From positions 10,590 to 74,589 of the forward strand of contig CAZCQL010000004.1 in assembly GCA_964500835.1 (NCBI GenBank): 64,000 nt of DNA. Reading direction: 5' to 3'. Made by a program: the position numbers and the translations under genes. This document shows, one piece after another, positions 8,985 to 18,867 of the stretch. Under the pieces are notes generated by a model. The model made no database searches and was not told the origin of the DNA. It saw only the letters and a list, made by a program, of their open reading frames with translations. Within the stretch, counting starts at the first letter, position 1, and each line of letters begins with the position of its first letter. This DNA is from an uncultured Bacteroides sp. (GTDB taxonomy: Bacteria; Bacteroidota; Bacteroidia; Bacteroidales; GCA-2748055).

Positions 8985-10598
8985 ATGACCACAATAAGAA
9001 TACATAGAGGACTAATTTTATTCCTGTTCGTTGCAACCGGATTTCTTCAAATTAATCTGCATGCAGGCCTACCCACCATGAGGATTGAAGAGGATTCGAT
9101 CCGGGTCCGGGAATTATTGGTTAAGGATACACTTGGTCTGGAGATTGACGGGCCGACCAATGATGTGACCTTTTACATGAACGGCATGGTATTTCTATCC
9201 AACACGAAGTTCCATCAAAAAATGATTCCTGATCACATCACCTTCGGGGTTGTCAAAGCTTTCTTTGTTCCGCTCGAATACATCGCTCTCGAAAGCAGCA
9301 GGCCCCTTTTCGTGAATGACGATTTTCCTTACTCGCCTGCCGGTATGTCATTTACCAGGGACTACCGAAAGGTGTATTTCACTAAATCTGTCAACATTTC
9401 CGGCAGGCGCAGTGCCGAAAAGATCTTTGAGATGTCCATCGTGAATGGCGAAGGATCCACTCATAACCAGCTGTCATTCACGGGAGATCCTTCAAGGTAT
9501 TTGCACCCTGCCATATCAGTAGATGATTCTTACATGGTATTTTCTTCTGACCGCTCCCCTTCCAATGGTGGATTGGATCTGTTTATCTCAAGGAAAACAC
9601 CTTCCGGATGGTCAACACCCACAAACCTGGGAAGCAATATTAATACCACCGGAGATGAGTGGTACCCTTACCTGGACCATAAAAATAACCTCTTTTTCTC
9701 TTCAACCGGACATATGGGATTTGGTGGGAACGATATTTATGTTTGCTTCTTCAATGGATCTGGGTGGGGTGAGCCCCAGAACATGACAGACTATGTAAAT
9801 ACCATCGAAGATGACCTGGGTTTTTCTATTCACCCAAATAAGAAGACAGCCCTTTTTTCGAAGATGCTCAAATCAGAAGAAACCGGGGAGGTTCTTCAAT
9901 TGAGCTTGGATAATAAGGCACTTCTGCGATCCGGGATCGAAAATCCCCAGGACCAAGATATCTCCGGATTACTTCAGGATATGTTGACATCGGGGTATAC
10001 ATCGGGGGCGTTTGCGGCATCCACCGAAGTGCTTGAGCAGGTCGGATTTGATCTGAATGCCCTTCCCTTACTTACGGAAGATGAGGAATCGCAAAAGCTT
10101 GTTCCGGCACCCGAACCCGAACCCGAACCTGAAACAAAAATAGAAGCCGAACCCATTTTATTTGAGCCCGCTGTGCCCCCTGTGGTCCAGCAGCCGGTAC
10201 CTGAACCTGAACCTGAACCTGTGGCAGACGAGTCGGTGCCAGAGCCGGAGCCTGTCATTGAAGAAGCTGTCCCTGAACCTGTTGTAGTTGAACCAGAGCC
10301 AGAACCAGTGGAAGAACCAATTGAAGAACTGGATCCTAACCGGTTAGTTTTCAGAATACAGATCTTGTCCAGTTCCCGTGCAAACAGCAATCCGATTGTA
10401 ACTATTTCCGGCGCCAGGCATGAGACATTCGAATACTTTTACAAAGGGGCTTACAGGGTTACGGTCGGAGAATTTGAAACGGTTTCAGAGGCAAGCAAAT
10501 TCAGAACAAGTTGTAAAAATGCAGGCTATAGCCAGGCTTTTGTCGCTGCATTTCGCGGCAATGAAAGAGAAACAGACCCCTCTGTATTTAGAAAATAA
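8985..10598 (+). CDS. Periplasmic PD40 (TolB-like propeller) protein with Pro/Glu-rich linker and C-terminal SPOR domain
   Basis: PD40 repeats (HPAISVDDSYMVFSSDR, GGLDLFIS, TNLGSNINT, EWYPY, GFGGNDIY). SPOR-like FRIQIL...YRVTVGEF...GYSQAFVAAF. Confidence 0.8.
   Translation: MTTIRIHRGLILFLFVATGFLQINLHAGLPTMRIEEDSIRVRELLVKDTLGLEIDGPTNDVTFYMNGMVFLSNTKFHQKMIPDHITFGVVKAFFVPLEYIALESSRPLFVNDDFPYSPAGMSFTRDYRKVYFTKSVNISGRRSAEKIFEMSIVNGEGSTHNQLSFTGDPSRYLHPAISVDDSYMVFSSDRSPSNGGLDLFISRKTPSGWSTPTNLGSNINTTGDEWYPYLDHKNNLFFSSTGHMGFGGNDIYVCFFNGSGWGEPQNMTDYVNTIEDDLGFSIHPNKKTALFSKMLKSEETGEVLQLSLDNKALLRSGIENPQDQDISGLLQDMLTSGYTSGAFAASTEVLEQVGFDLNALPLLTEDEESQKLVPAPEPEPEPETKIEAEPILFEPAVPPVVQQPVPEPEPEPVADESVPEPEPVIEEAVPEPVVVEPEPEPVEEPIEELDPNRLVFRIQILSSSRANSNPIVTISGARHETFEYFYKGAYRVTVGEFETVSEASKFRTSCKNAGYSQAFVAAFRGNERETDPSVFRK
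10102..10338 (+). repeat. In-frame Pro/Glu/Val-rich low-complexity repeat (PEPEPEP blocks)
   Basis: Repeated GAACC(C/T/A) hexamers encoding PEPEPEPE, VPEPEPEP, PEPEPV, EPEPEPVEEP between the PD40 and SPOR domains. Confidence 0.85.
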
Positions 10599-10654
10599 GA
10601 GCATGAATCCCCTATCCATGACAAGTTGACCGCAATGAATTAAGGACGTAAACC

Positions 10655-11275
10655 ATGCTTACCGTTGTCCAGCATCCATTACTAAACCATAAACTTACCC
10701 TGATTCGAAAGAAGGAAACCGGGACAAAAGACTTTCGTGAAAACCTGGACGAAATTGCCGCACTGATGGCATATGAGATCACCCGTGATTTTCCAATCAG
10801 GGAGATTAAGATTGAAACCCCACTTGCACATTGTGCTGCCACCGAACTGGCCAAGGATATTATTCTGGTACCCGTATTAAGAGCCGGACTGGGTATGGTG
10901 GATGGCATCACCAACCTGATTCCAACCGCTAAAGTAGGCCACGTAGGCATGTATCGCGATCATACCACCCTTCAACCTCAGAATTACTATGCAAAATTTC
11001 CGGCAAACATTAAAGAGGGCATTGTACTGGTCCTTGATCCCATGCTGGCTACCGGGGGGAGTGCAAGTGCGGCCATTACCACCCTTAAGAATGAAGGTGC
11101 CAGACTCATCAAGCTGGTATGCATCGTTGGCGCGCCCGAGGGAGTCAACCGCATTGAAGAGGAGCATCCGGAAGTGGATATCTACCTCGCTTCTTTAGAT
11201 GACGGGCTCAATGAACTGGGGTATATCTTGCCCGGTCTGGGGGATGCTGGTGACCGCTTATTCGGCACCAAATAA
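10655..11275 (+). CDS. upp: Uracil phosphoribosyltransferase
   Basis: [22 protein letters not shown]-binding [27 protein letters not shown]. Confidence 0.97.
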   Translation: MLTVVQHPLLNHKLTLIRKKETGTKDFRENLDEIAALMAYEITRDFPIREIKIETPLAHCAATELAKDIILVPVLRAGLGMVDGITNLIPTAKVGHVGMYRDHTTLQPQNYYAKFPANIKEGIVLVLDPMLATGGSASAAITTLKNEGARLIKLVCIVGAPEGVNRIEEEHPEVDIYLASLDDGLNELGYILPGLGDAGDRLFGTK

Positions 11276-11301
11276 TTGTCTTTCAGCTTTTTTAGTACTT
11301 G

Positions 11302-11319
11302 TGCTGTCAATTGACAGCA
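11302..11319. promoter_or_regulatory. Perfect 18-bp palindrome TGCTGTCAATTGACAGCA (terminator hairpin or operator)
   Basis: Read directly; flanking AGTACTT/AAGTGCT extend the pairing across a 2-nt bulge; 26 nt after the upp stop. Confidence 0.45.
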
Positions 11320-11471
11320 AGTGCTCTTTGGAACCGCCAGGAAGAGATCATTCCCATATTCCCATTCAACCCCTAATGTAGTGGCTGGGAAAATAATGGA
11401 GCGATAATCCAGGCCGATGACATTGGATTATAACCATTTTTATCATAATTTTACTCTAAACCTCCTGACAT

Positions 11472-12302
11472 ATGAGTAAAAGCCATAAGCAGAAAAAGCC
11501 AGACCATTCAAAGAAAGATTCGACCTCATCCCGTCTAAACAAGAAGTTATATTTTAAGGAACTGGAACGGCTTCAGCTGGAATTGGTGAAGCTGCATGAA
11601 TGGGTGAAATCAAAAGGATTGCGTTTGGTGGTCGTATTCGAGGGCCGCGATGCAGCAGGCAAAGGAGGAGTCATAAAACGCATCACCCAGCGACTTAATC
11701 CAAGAATCGCCAAGGTCGTTGCCCTGGGAGTTCCAACCGAACGTGAAAAAACACAATGGTATTTTCAACGGTATGTTTCTCACTTGCCGGCCGCGGGTGA
11801 AATAGTCCTGCTCGATCGCAGTTGGTATAACCGGGCAGGCGTAGAACATGTGATGGGTTTCTGTACAGAGGACGAATATTGGGACTTTTTACGATCATGC
11901 CCCAGGTTTGAAGAGATGCTAATCCAGTCGGGAATAATTCTTGTAAAGTATTGGTTTTCTGTGAGTGACGAAGAACAGGAGAACCGGTTCAGGGAGAGGA
12001 TTGAAGATCCCCTAAAACGATGGAAGTTCAGTCCGATGGACCTGGAGTCGAGAAGTCGCTGGATCGAATATAGCAAAGCAAAAGATGAAATGTTCGCATA
12101 CACTGATACAAAAATTTGTCCCTGGTATGTGGTCAATGCAGATGATAAACGCAGGGCAAGGCTCAACACCATTCACCACCTCCTGTCCATGATCCCTTAT
12201 AAAGAAATCAAACACAAAAAGATCAGTCTTCCAGCCACCAGTATGGAAGGTTATGTAAGGCCCCCTATTTCAGACCAAACCTTTGTTCCTGAAGTTTACT
12301 AA
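11472..12302 (+). CDS. ppk2: Polyphosphate kinase 2 (short, class I-like)
   Basis: Walker A FEGRDAAGKGG, WYFQRY, DRSWYNRAGVE, WKFSPMD. Confidence 0.95.
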   Translation: MSKSHKQKKPDHSKKDSTSSRLNKKLYFKELERLQLELVKLHEWVKSKGLRLVVVFEGRDAAGKGGVIKRITQRLNPRIAKVVALGVPTEREKTQWYFQRYVSHLPAAGEIVLLDRSWYNRAGVEHVMGFCTEDEYWDFLRSCPRFEEMLIQSGIILVKYWFSVSDEEQENRFRERIEDPLKRWKFSPMDLESRSRWIEYSKAKDEMFAYTDTKICPWYVVNADDKRRARLNTIHHLLSMIPYKEIKHKKISLPATSMEGYVRPPISDQTFVPEVY

Positions 12303-12405
12303 TGAATTTCATGCAATTCAGATAAGAAGATCTCCTTATTTAATAGCGAAGACATGAGTGAGAAACCTGCGGGTGAATGGAACAGCTCTGGAGGTTTGAT
12401 ACATG

Positions 12406-13956
12406 CTACATTTTCAGGAAAGGAATAGTCTGTCTTCTTGATCCATTGATGAGTCCCAGGAAATAGGTCCCTGGCTCAAGGTATGAAAGATCGAGGCTAA
12501 ACTGATGCAGCCCTGCATCAAATACTTTCCTTGTCGGAGTCCTCGTCTGATGTCCGCCGGAGGTAAAGAGCTGTAGAGTGCATTCGCCATCCGGAACCTC
12601 CATGGTAATCATTACCTGATCTTTAACCGGATTTGGATAAAGCTCAAATTTGCCACCCGACTCCGCATGTTCAAAAGTTGTATCCGGCTTTAAAATTGGA
12701 AGGGGTTCAAATTGATCAAAAAGGACCTGTTGCACAAGAATATCATCCGCTTCAAACCACTCATTAAAAATAGAGGCATAGACACTTCTGAAATCGAATT
12801 GCATGGGAAGGTTATCTGACTTTTCAACCTGATCGGGAATCACAGGATTTGACCCTAGAATGGTCGGATTGACCTTCGACCCAAAAAGAATTGCTGGCCA
12901 TGCAGTTCCATGATCGGTTCCAAGGCTGGCATTGGATTTGATCCTTCTTCCGAATTCAGAATAGACAAATCCCAGCACATCGTCTTCTATACCTAACAAC
13001 TTCAGATCATCCTGGAAAGCAAAAAGGGCATCCGAAAGTTTTGATAGCAAGGTACGGTGCCTGCCATTTTCAGGAACTCCATCTTCCGTTTGGTCGGCGT
13101 GTGTATCCCACCCGCCTAAATTCACCACATAGATTTGAGTATTAAGCCCACCGGCAATTAGCCTGGCAACAATCTTTAGCTGATCCGCCAGACTATTTCC
13201 GGATTCTGGATAGTGGGGCGAAAGATTTGTAGCCCTGGAAGATGCTTCACCAATCCCTTCCAAATAGATCTCAGTCCGTTTCATCACTCCGGCAATATAA
13301 TCCATCTCCTTCCCAAATGGTGAATCGGGATAAGAGCCAGGCTCCCCCGGTGATTGGTATACTGTATTTATATTCTTAATAACGGCACTGAGATTGCTCC
13401 CATAGCCCTGACATGTCTGTGAGGCAGAAGACCCAATCGTTAGAGCAACAGGATGTGGATAAGATTCATTTGGGTAACCCACCGGATAATCAGGATGTAG
13501 TTCATTGAGCATTCTGCCCATCCAGCCAGAGTGTAGTACTTCATCTGATGCCGAACCGCCTGTTATTATATCCCTGGCCCTGAAATGAGAAAGGTTGGGA
13601 TGTGGATAGCCCACATTTTGAATGACCAGGCATTTCTCATCGTCCGAAAGTGCTTTTATCTTGCCAAAATATGGATGAAGTCCTATGCTTTCCGCAAATT
13701 TAATAAGTTTGTTTTGTGGAATAATAATATTGGACCGGGCCTTCCGCAGATTTTCGTACTGATCCAGGGGCACAAAGGTGTTCAATCCATCATTGCCTCC
13801 ATTTAATTGTACCAGTACCAACTTTCTGTCGGGGCGAAAAGAGGTAAGGGACTCCAAAAAAAGATTTCTGGCAACTGCATACACAGGCTGCCCTTTTAAT
13901 ACCAATGGCAGTGCAGATAATGTGGACCCATATTTTAGAAAATCCCGTCTCTTCAT
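12406..13956 (-). CDS. DUF1501-family protein with Tat signal and T9SS type A C-terminal sorting domain
   Basis: MKRRDFLK twin-arginine motif; QLNGGNDGLNT, PNLSHFR, GGWDTH, SEFGRR, GTDHG; C-terminal FELYPNPVKD...PGTYFL...TIPFLKM. Confidence 0.9.
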   Translation of the reverse strand: MKRRDFLKYGSTLSALPLVLKGQPVYAVARNLFLESLTSFRPDRKLVLVQLNGGNDGLNTFVPLDQYENLRKARSNIIIPQNKLIKFAESIGLHPYFGKIKALSDDEKCLVIQNVGYPHPNLSHFRARDIITGGSASDEVLHSGWMGRMLNELHPDYPVGYPNESYPHPVALTIGSSASQTCQGYGSNLSAVIKNINTVYQSPGEPGSYPDSPFGKEMDYIAGVMKRTEIYLEGIGEASSRATNLSPHYPESGNSLADQLKIVARLIAGGLNTQIYVVNLGGWDTHADQTEDGVPENGRHRTLLSKLSDALFAFQDDLKLLGIEDDVLGFVYSEFGRRIKSNASLGTDHGTAWPAILFGSKVNPTILGSNPVIPDQVEKSDNLPMQFDFRSVYASIFNEWFEADDILVQQVLFDQFEPLPILKPDTTFEHAESGGKFELYPNPVKDQVMITMEVPDGECTLQLFTSGGHQTRTPTRKVFDAGLHQFSLDLSYLEPGTYFLGLINGSRRQTIPFLKM

Positions 13957-13966
13957 TCCACATTCG

Positions 13967-15529
13967 TTACATGAGATAATATTCAGGCAGGTGCAGAATG
14001 GCCTCTAGTAGAAGCCGTAAGGCATTTTCCACCGATTCTTTCAGGGTGGCATCCCCTGCATTGTTTTTATATTTGAACCATTCAACGGTCCACTCAAAAT
14101 CAGGCAATCCGGGTATCAGGACTTCTTTCAGCTCATTAAACTTCAAGTCAGAGACCGGGGCCGGTAGCAACAACTCACAGAATTCTGTGATTAACTGAAT
14201 TGGTTCCGAAGGATCGGAAGTCATTTCAGCAAGTGCAATCGCATCAATCTTAAGTTTTATCCCATTTTTCTTATAATTCCCATGAATTAATTTGGAAGCG
14301 AATTCGGCTTTCTGTGGCAATGTGGCCGAATTTATCCACAATTCATTGAAACCAGGCTCCATGTAATACGCAGGCCAGCCAGCCACATCGGGCGGATTTC
14401 CCAGGTCAAGTTCCTGATAGCTGGCAAGATTGTAAAATAAGTTCCAGAACTCATATTTTGTCTGAAGTTCATCTGGAATGGACACCTCAAGCCTCCTTAG
14501 CGATCCAAGGATAAACTCCAGCGGATTTTTAATATAACACCCTCTGAATCCGGTATCAAAAAAATGCTGACTGCTAAGTAAACTTTTTAAGACTGGCAGA
14601 ATCTCATACCCGTTATCGAAAAGAATGTCTGAAAGAGGTTCGATAATCTGATATTCTGCTTCCTCGTCAATCAGGTAGTAAACAAACCAGCGATAGAGGT
14701 CTCGAACAAGGGTTCTTGCAGTTTCTTTTTGATTAAATATCATTTGGATCAAAGCCTGGTATTCAGTATCGCCCTGATCTGCAATGACCTGGTTGCCATA
14801 ATATTCAGAGAAGATTTTTATTCCTTTGTCATGATGGGAAGCATTAAACCAGGGTGCCAGTGTATTGTTATTGACTTTCCACCCTGTAAGCACTCTGGCC
14901 GCCTCTTGTACATCCTGTTCTGTATAATAGGTATAATTCCCCTCCGCCATAAGTGGCCCCTTCCCGATGGTGAATAGTTCAAACAACTCCCTGGCGTAGT
15001 TTTCGTTTGGAGATGAAACCGTATTTTGAATCCCATCCAGGTATCGAAGCATCGCAGTATTTACGGTCATTTGAATAGCCAGGGTTTTAAAATTTCCCAG
15101 CGAATGCTCTCTGATTAACTGATTATAATCATACAGGTAGGCAGGGATATTAACCACGTTTAATTCTGTAACGAAGTGGTTATGCCAGAACAGCACCATC
15201 TTTTCCCTGAGTGTGGTTGATTGGTTTAGAATTACACCTGTCCACCAGGACCTGATGCTTTTTTTTCTAAGAAATCGAATGGATCCATCCAATGCGGAGT
15301 CGACCCAGGTGTCACCTATTGGTACATTAGGATCTGTTCCGAAGGCCTGCAAAGGTGGATCAGGAGGATCCTCCACCGTCAACAGTTCATTTATCGCCTC
15401 TGTGATTGTCAGGTTGGCAAAATGCAGGATTTCTTCTTTTCTTGGCCCCACGAGAACCCTGTTCAGAAGATGCGTGGATATCTCCTTTCCAAGGGGCAAA
15501 TCTGTCACAGGAGCCAGGGAGTAATTCAT
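13967..15529 (-). CDS. DUF1800-family protein
   Basis: LREKMVLFWHNHF, MLRYLDG, NENYARELFELFTIG, DVQEAARVLTGW, PPDVAGWP; 10 bp upstream of the DUF1501 gene. Confidence 0.9.
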   Translation of the reverse strand: MNYSLAPVTDLPLGKEISTHLLNRVLVGPRKEEILHFANLTITEAINELLTVEDPPDPPLQAFGTDPNVPIGDTWVDSALDGSIRFLRKKSIRSWWTGVILNQSTTLREKMVLFWHNHFVTELNVVNIPAYLYDYNQLIREHSLGNFKTLAIQMTVNTAMLRYLDGIQNTVSSPNENYARELFELFTIGKGPLMAEGNYTYYTEQDVQEAARVLTGWKVNNNTLAPWFNASHHDKGIKIFSEYYGNQVIADQGDTEYQALIQMIFNQKETARTLVRDLYRWFVYYLIDEEAEYQIIEPLSDILFDNGYEILPVLKSLLSSQHFFDTGFRGCYIKNPLEFILGSLRRLEVSIPDELQTKYEFWNLFYNLASYQELDLGNPPDVAGWPAYYMEPGFNELWINSATLPQKAEFASKLIHGNYKKNGIKLKIDAIALAEMTSDPSEPIQLITEFCELLLPAPVSDLKFNELKEVLIPGLPDFEWTVEWFKYKNNAGDATLKESVENALRLLLEAILHLPEYYLM

Positions 15530-15540
15530 AGCTACAGTGC

Positions 15541-17178
15541 CTACCAGGAAGACATCGGATCATCCACTTCGATGGATCCATCGTATTGAGCCGCATTGTA
15601 TCCGGCCCTGAAGCTAAAGCGAGTCATCTTTAGGAACTTATCATAGTCAATTAGTTTTTCCTCATCGCTAACCAGGTGGTAGTTGCGGTGAGTACCCGTT
15701 GAATAAAAAAGAAAAGGTATATCCTTCCTGGCAAAATTGATGTGATCACTCCGGAAAAAATACCGCTCAGGATGATTCACGTCATTGTAAGAATAGTTCG
15801 CATTGAGGCCCATTTCAGCCAGGGTCTGCTTACTGATATCCATTAAAATTTTACTCTGTAACCCTCCGATAACCTTCACCGTGTCGGCTCCCACTATGGT
15901 GAGGCCACGCCTGCTGCTTTCCTCATCTTCTTTTGATTTAGTTCGGCCTACCATATCGAGGTTGATTACTGCCGCAATTTTCTCAATGGGAACCAACGGA
16001 TGATCGGCAAAATATTTCGAGCCAAATAAACCTATCTCTTCTCCCGAAACCCACAGTATCCCGATGCTTCTCATCGGGTGCCTCTTTTCTTTTAGAAATG
16101 CTTCGGCGATTTCGATAAGTGCTACCGTACCTGAAGCATTGTCATCCGCCCCATTATATACACCCCCTTTGCCATCGGTTCCCACATGATCGAAATGTGC
16201 CAGATAAATGACAACTTCATCCTTCAAAACAGGATCACTCCCTTCAATCATACCAAATACATTGGACACATTCAAATCATTCACATTCACATGAAGCTCT
16301 ATTCTGATTCTTGTATCTGCTAAAAGAAAAGATTTGGGAGTTACTTTTTTATCAATTTCCATCTGAAGTTCTTCCAGCGACTTTCCAACACCTTCTAATA
16401 ATTGATCGGCTACCGTTCGGTGAATCATTACCATCTTTGGTTGTGTGTTATCCGAATAGCCTTCTCCTGCCACATTTTTCAGGCTTCTGGCTGTACCCAG
16501 GTAATCGGCAGCCCCGGGGAAAATATCCTCTATTGATTGTATACCGGATTTCGGATCATATACCAAAAGAACTGCTTTCGGGTGCTGCGAATAAATATAT
16601 TGCAACTTATACTGGTAATTCCGTCTTCCATTCCACTTGTCATTATCAAACTGAGTCTCAGTACCCTTTTCATTCATAGGTGCACGGTTCATAATCAGCA
16701 CCACCTTGCCTTCGATGTCCACATTGTAAAAATCATTGTACCCGTGCTCCTCATCATTGATCCCATATCCTGCGAAAACAACTTCTCCATCAATGAGAAT
16801 ATTTTCAGCACCGGAAGCCGGAAAAATAAAAAACGACCTGTTGTTCACCACAGGATCCTTGTCGCTGGTTAAAATGGTGATATGGCTGTTGGACCAGTCA
16901 TACGTTTTCTCCTGAATAATGTAGTGCTGAAAGAATCCATTTTCAGGATCAGCCGGTTTTAATCCTAGCTGTTCTGCCTGAACTGCCAGGTATCGTGCAG
17001 CTACGTTTAATCCGGGTTCACCTGTTTCCCTTCCTTCCAGTTCATCAGAAGCCAGGAAAAGCATGTGTGTTTTCAGATCGTGCGTGTTGATGGATTCGAT
17101 TCCTTTTTTTTGTGCATGAACAGGCTGCAGGAAAAGTGTACTAATAATAAGAGCAATTAACTGTGTGTGTATTTTCAT
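15541..17178 (-). CDS. M28 family metallopeptidase with PA domain, secreted
   Basis: Signal peptide; LASDELEGRETG, AHFDHVG, NGADDNASG, SGEEIGLFGS, NLDMVGR, RSDHINF, NYHLVSD. Confidence 0.92.
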   Translation of the reverse strand: MKIHTQLIALIISTLFLQPVHAQKKGIESINTHDLKTHMLFLASDELEGRETGEPGLNVAARYLAVQAEQLGLKPADPENGFFQHYIIQEKTYDWSNSHITILTSDKDPVVNNRSFFIFPASGAENILIDGEVVFAGYGINDEEHGYNDFYNVDIEGKVVLIMNRAPMNEKGTETQFDNDKWNGRRNYQYKLQYIYSQHPKAVLLVYDPKSGIQSIEDIFPGAADYLGTARSLKNVAGEGYSDNTQPKMVMIHRTVADQLLEGVGKSLEELQMEIDKKVTPKSFLLADTRIRIELHVNVNDLNVSNVFGMIEGSDPVLKDEVVIYLAHFDHVGTDGKGGVYNGADDNASGTVALIEIAEAFLKEKRHPMRSIGILWVSGEEIGLFGSKYFADHPLVPIEKIAAVINLDMVGRTKSKEDEESSRRGLTIVGADTVKVIGGLQSKILMDISKQTLAEMGLNANYSYNDVNHPERYFFRSDHINFARKDIPFLFYSTGTHRNYHLVSDEEKLIDYDKFLKMTRFSFRAGYNAAQYDGSIEVDDPMSSW

Positions 17179-17335
17179 AAGTACCCTGAATTAATAAGTA
17201 TGGCAAAAGGGGAGGTTCTAACAGCCTTATCCCGGGTTGAATATAACCATAAAAATCAAAATAAGATGAAAATCAGCCTTGTGGGTAACCTCTCATCCAA
17301 GGAGGGTAAGTAGTGTTTCGAATAAGTTTTTTAGC

Positions 17336-17343
17336 TATTTTTG
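17336..17343 (+). promoter_or_regulatory. -7 box (TATTTTTG) immediately before the pgi start
   Basis: Exact TAnnTTTG; ATG follows 4 nt later at 17348. Confidence 0.55.
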
Positions 17344-17347
17344 CGGC

Positions 17348-18691
17348 ATGAAAAATATCAGTCTGAACTTATCCAGGGTATTTGATTTCATCTCAGAGGA
17401 TGCAATTTCAGGACTCGGTGAAGAGATAAGAAGCGCACAGAAAATCCTCTATCAAGGGAATGGAGAAGGCAATAATTTTTTAGGCTGGCTCAATCTGCCA
17501 TCTGGAATAACTGACCTGCAACTCGCAGAAATAGAAGAGGCTGTGTCGGGGCTGAAAGAGAGCACGGATATATTGGTCGTGGTTGGAATTGGGGGGTCCT
17601 ACCTGGGCGCCCGGGCAGTGAACGATGCCTTATCAAACAACTTTGCTCACTTCGGCAAACAGCCGAATTCTCCTCACATGCTCTTTGCCGGACACCACAT
17701 CGGTGAGGACTACATGCATGAAATGTTGGCGTTGCTTGAGAACTATCGCTACTCCATGGTAGTAATTTCAAAATCCGGTACAACCACCGAACCCGCCCTT
17801 GCTTTTCGTATTCTAAAGAATCACTTAATTGGCAAGGTTGGGATAAAAGAGGCAAGAGAACGAATAATTGCCGTCACAGATTCAAGCAAGGGAGCTTTAA
17901 GACAACTTGCCGATGAAGAAGGCTACCGAAGTTTTGTGATCCCGGATGACGTGGGTGGAAGGTTTTCAGTTCTTACGCCTGTGGGATTGATTCCACTGGC
18001 CATCTGTGGTATTGACATCCGTCAACTGGTAGAGGGTGCCAGAGAAATGAGTAGTCGCTGCGATCCCAACTTGCCTATGGAAGACAATCCTGCAGCTTTG
18101 TATGCTGCCACACGCAATGCGTTATACAGATCGGGGAAGAAAATAGAAATTTTGGTGAATTACCATAACAAGCTTCATTTTGTTTCCGAGTGGTGGAAAC
18201 AACTCTTTGGAGAGAGCGAGGGGAAGAATGGAAAAGGGATTTATCCAGCTTCGGTTGATAATTCAACTGACCTTCATTCGATGGGACAATACATCCAGGA
18301 AGGGGAGCGAATCCTTTTCGAAACAGTTATCAGCATTGAGAAAACCGATCATCAAATGACAATCCCGCTCGATGCAACAAATCTTGACCAACTAAATTAT
18401 CTGGCAACTCAACGCATTGACCACGTAAATAAAATGGCTGAATTAGGTACCATTTTAGCACACGTGGACGGGGGGGTCCCAAACATAAGAATCTCCTTGC
18501 CGAGACTCAATGCCCACTTTTTGGGACAGCTTCTTTATTTCTTTGAGAATGCCTGTGGAATAAGCGGATATATGCTTGGCATTAATCCATTTAATCAACC
18601 AGGAGTTGAAGCATACAAAAAGAACATGTTCGCCCTTCTGGAGAAGCCAGGATTTGAATCAGAAACGGCAAGAATCAAAACAAGGATTTAG
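17348..18691 (+). CDS. pgi: Glucose-6-phosphate isomerase
   Basis: [48 protein letters not shown]. Confidence 0.96.
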   Translation: MKNISLNLSRVFDFISEDAISGLGEEIRSAQKILYQGNGEGNNFLGWLNLPSGITDLQLAEIEEAVSGLKESTDILVVVGIGGSYLGARAVNDALSNNFAHFGKQPNSPHMLFAGHHIGEDYMHEMLALLENYRYSMVVISKSGTTTEPALAFRILKNHLIGKVGIKEARERIIAVTDSSKGALRQLADEEGYRSFVIPDDVGGRFSVLTPVGLIPLAICGIDIRQLVEGAREMSSRCDPNLPMEDNPAALYAATRNALYRSGKKIEILVNYHNKLHFVSEWWKQLFGESEGKNGKGIYPASVDNSTDLHSMGQYIQEGERILFETVISIEKTDHQMTIPLDATNLDQLNYLATQRIDHVNKMAELGTILAHVDGGVPNIRISLPRLNAHFLGQLLYFFENACGISGYMLGINPFNQPGVEAYKKNMFALLEKPGFESETARIKTRI

Positions 18692-18776
18692 ACAAAATAT
18701 TTCGCTCTAAGGTGCATCGAAGCTTCCCGCACCATGATCATCCAGTTAACCCGGAGCCTCTTTGTATCCGGATGTG

Positions 18777-18809
18777 AAAAAGGCAGGAGCCATACTCGAC
18801 TCCTGCCTT
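18777..18809 (-). terminator. Rho-independent terminator of the Hsp20 gene
   Basis: 10-bp stem AAGGCAGGAG/CTCCTGCCTT, 10-nt loop, followed by a T run on the minus strand; lies between convergent pgi and Hsp20 genes. Confidence 0.8.
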
Positions 18810-18867
18810 AAACCCAACTTTTCACAAATACTCTAACTTCCCACTCTTACTCTGTCACACGCACTCC

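Noticed and set aside
9974-10390. 138-aa Ser/Gly/Thr-rich minus ORF resembling an adhesin linker
   Set aside because: It is the antisense shadow of the PEPEP repeat in 8985-10598.
11320-11430. Stop-free minus-strand stretch (SNVIGLDYRSIIFPATTLGVEWEYGNDLFLAVPKS) in the upp-ppk2 gap
   Set aside because: Looks protein-like but has no start codon and I cannot assign a family; blastx would be needed to call it a remnant.
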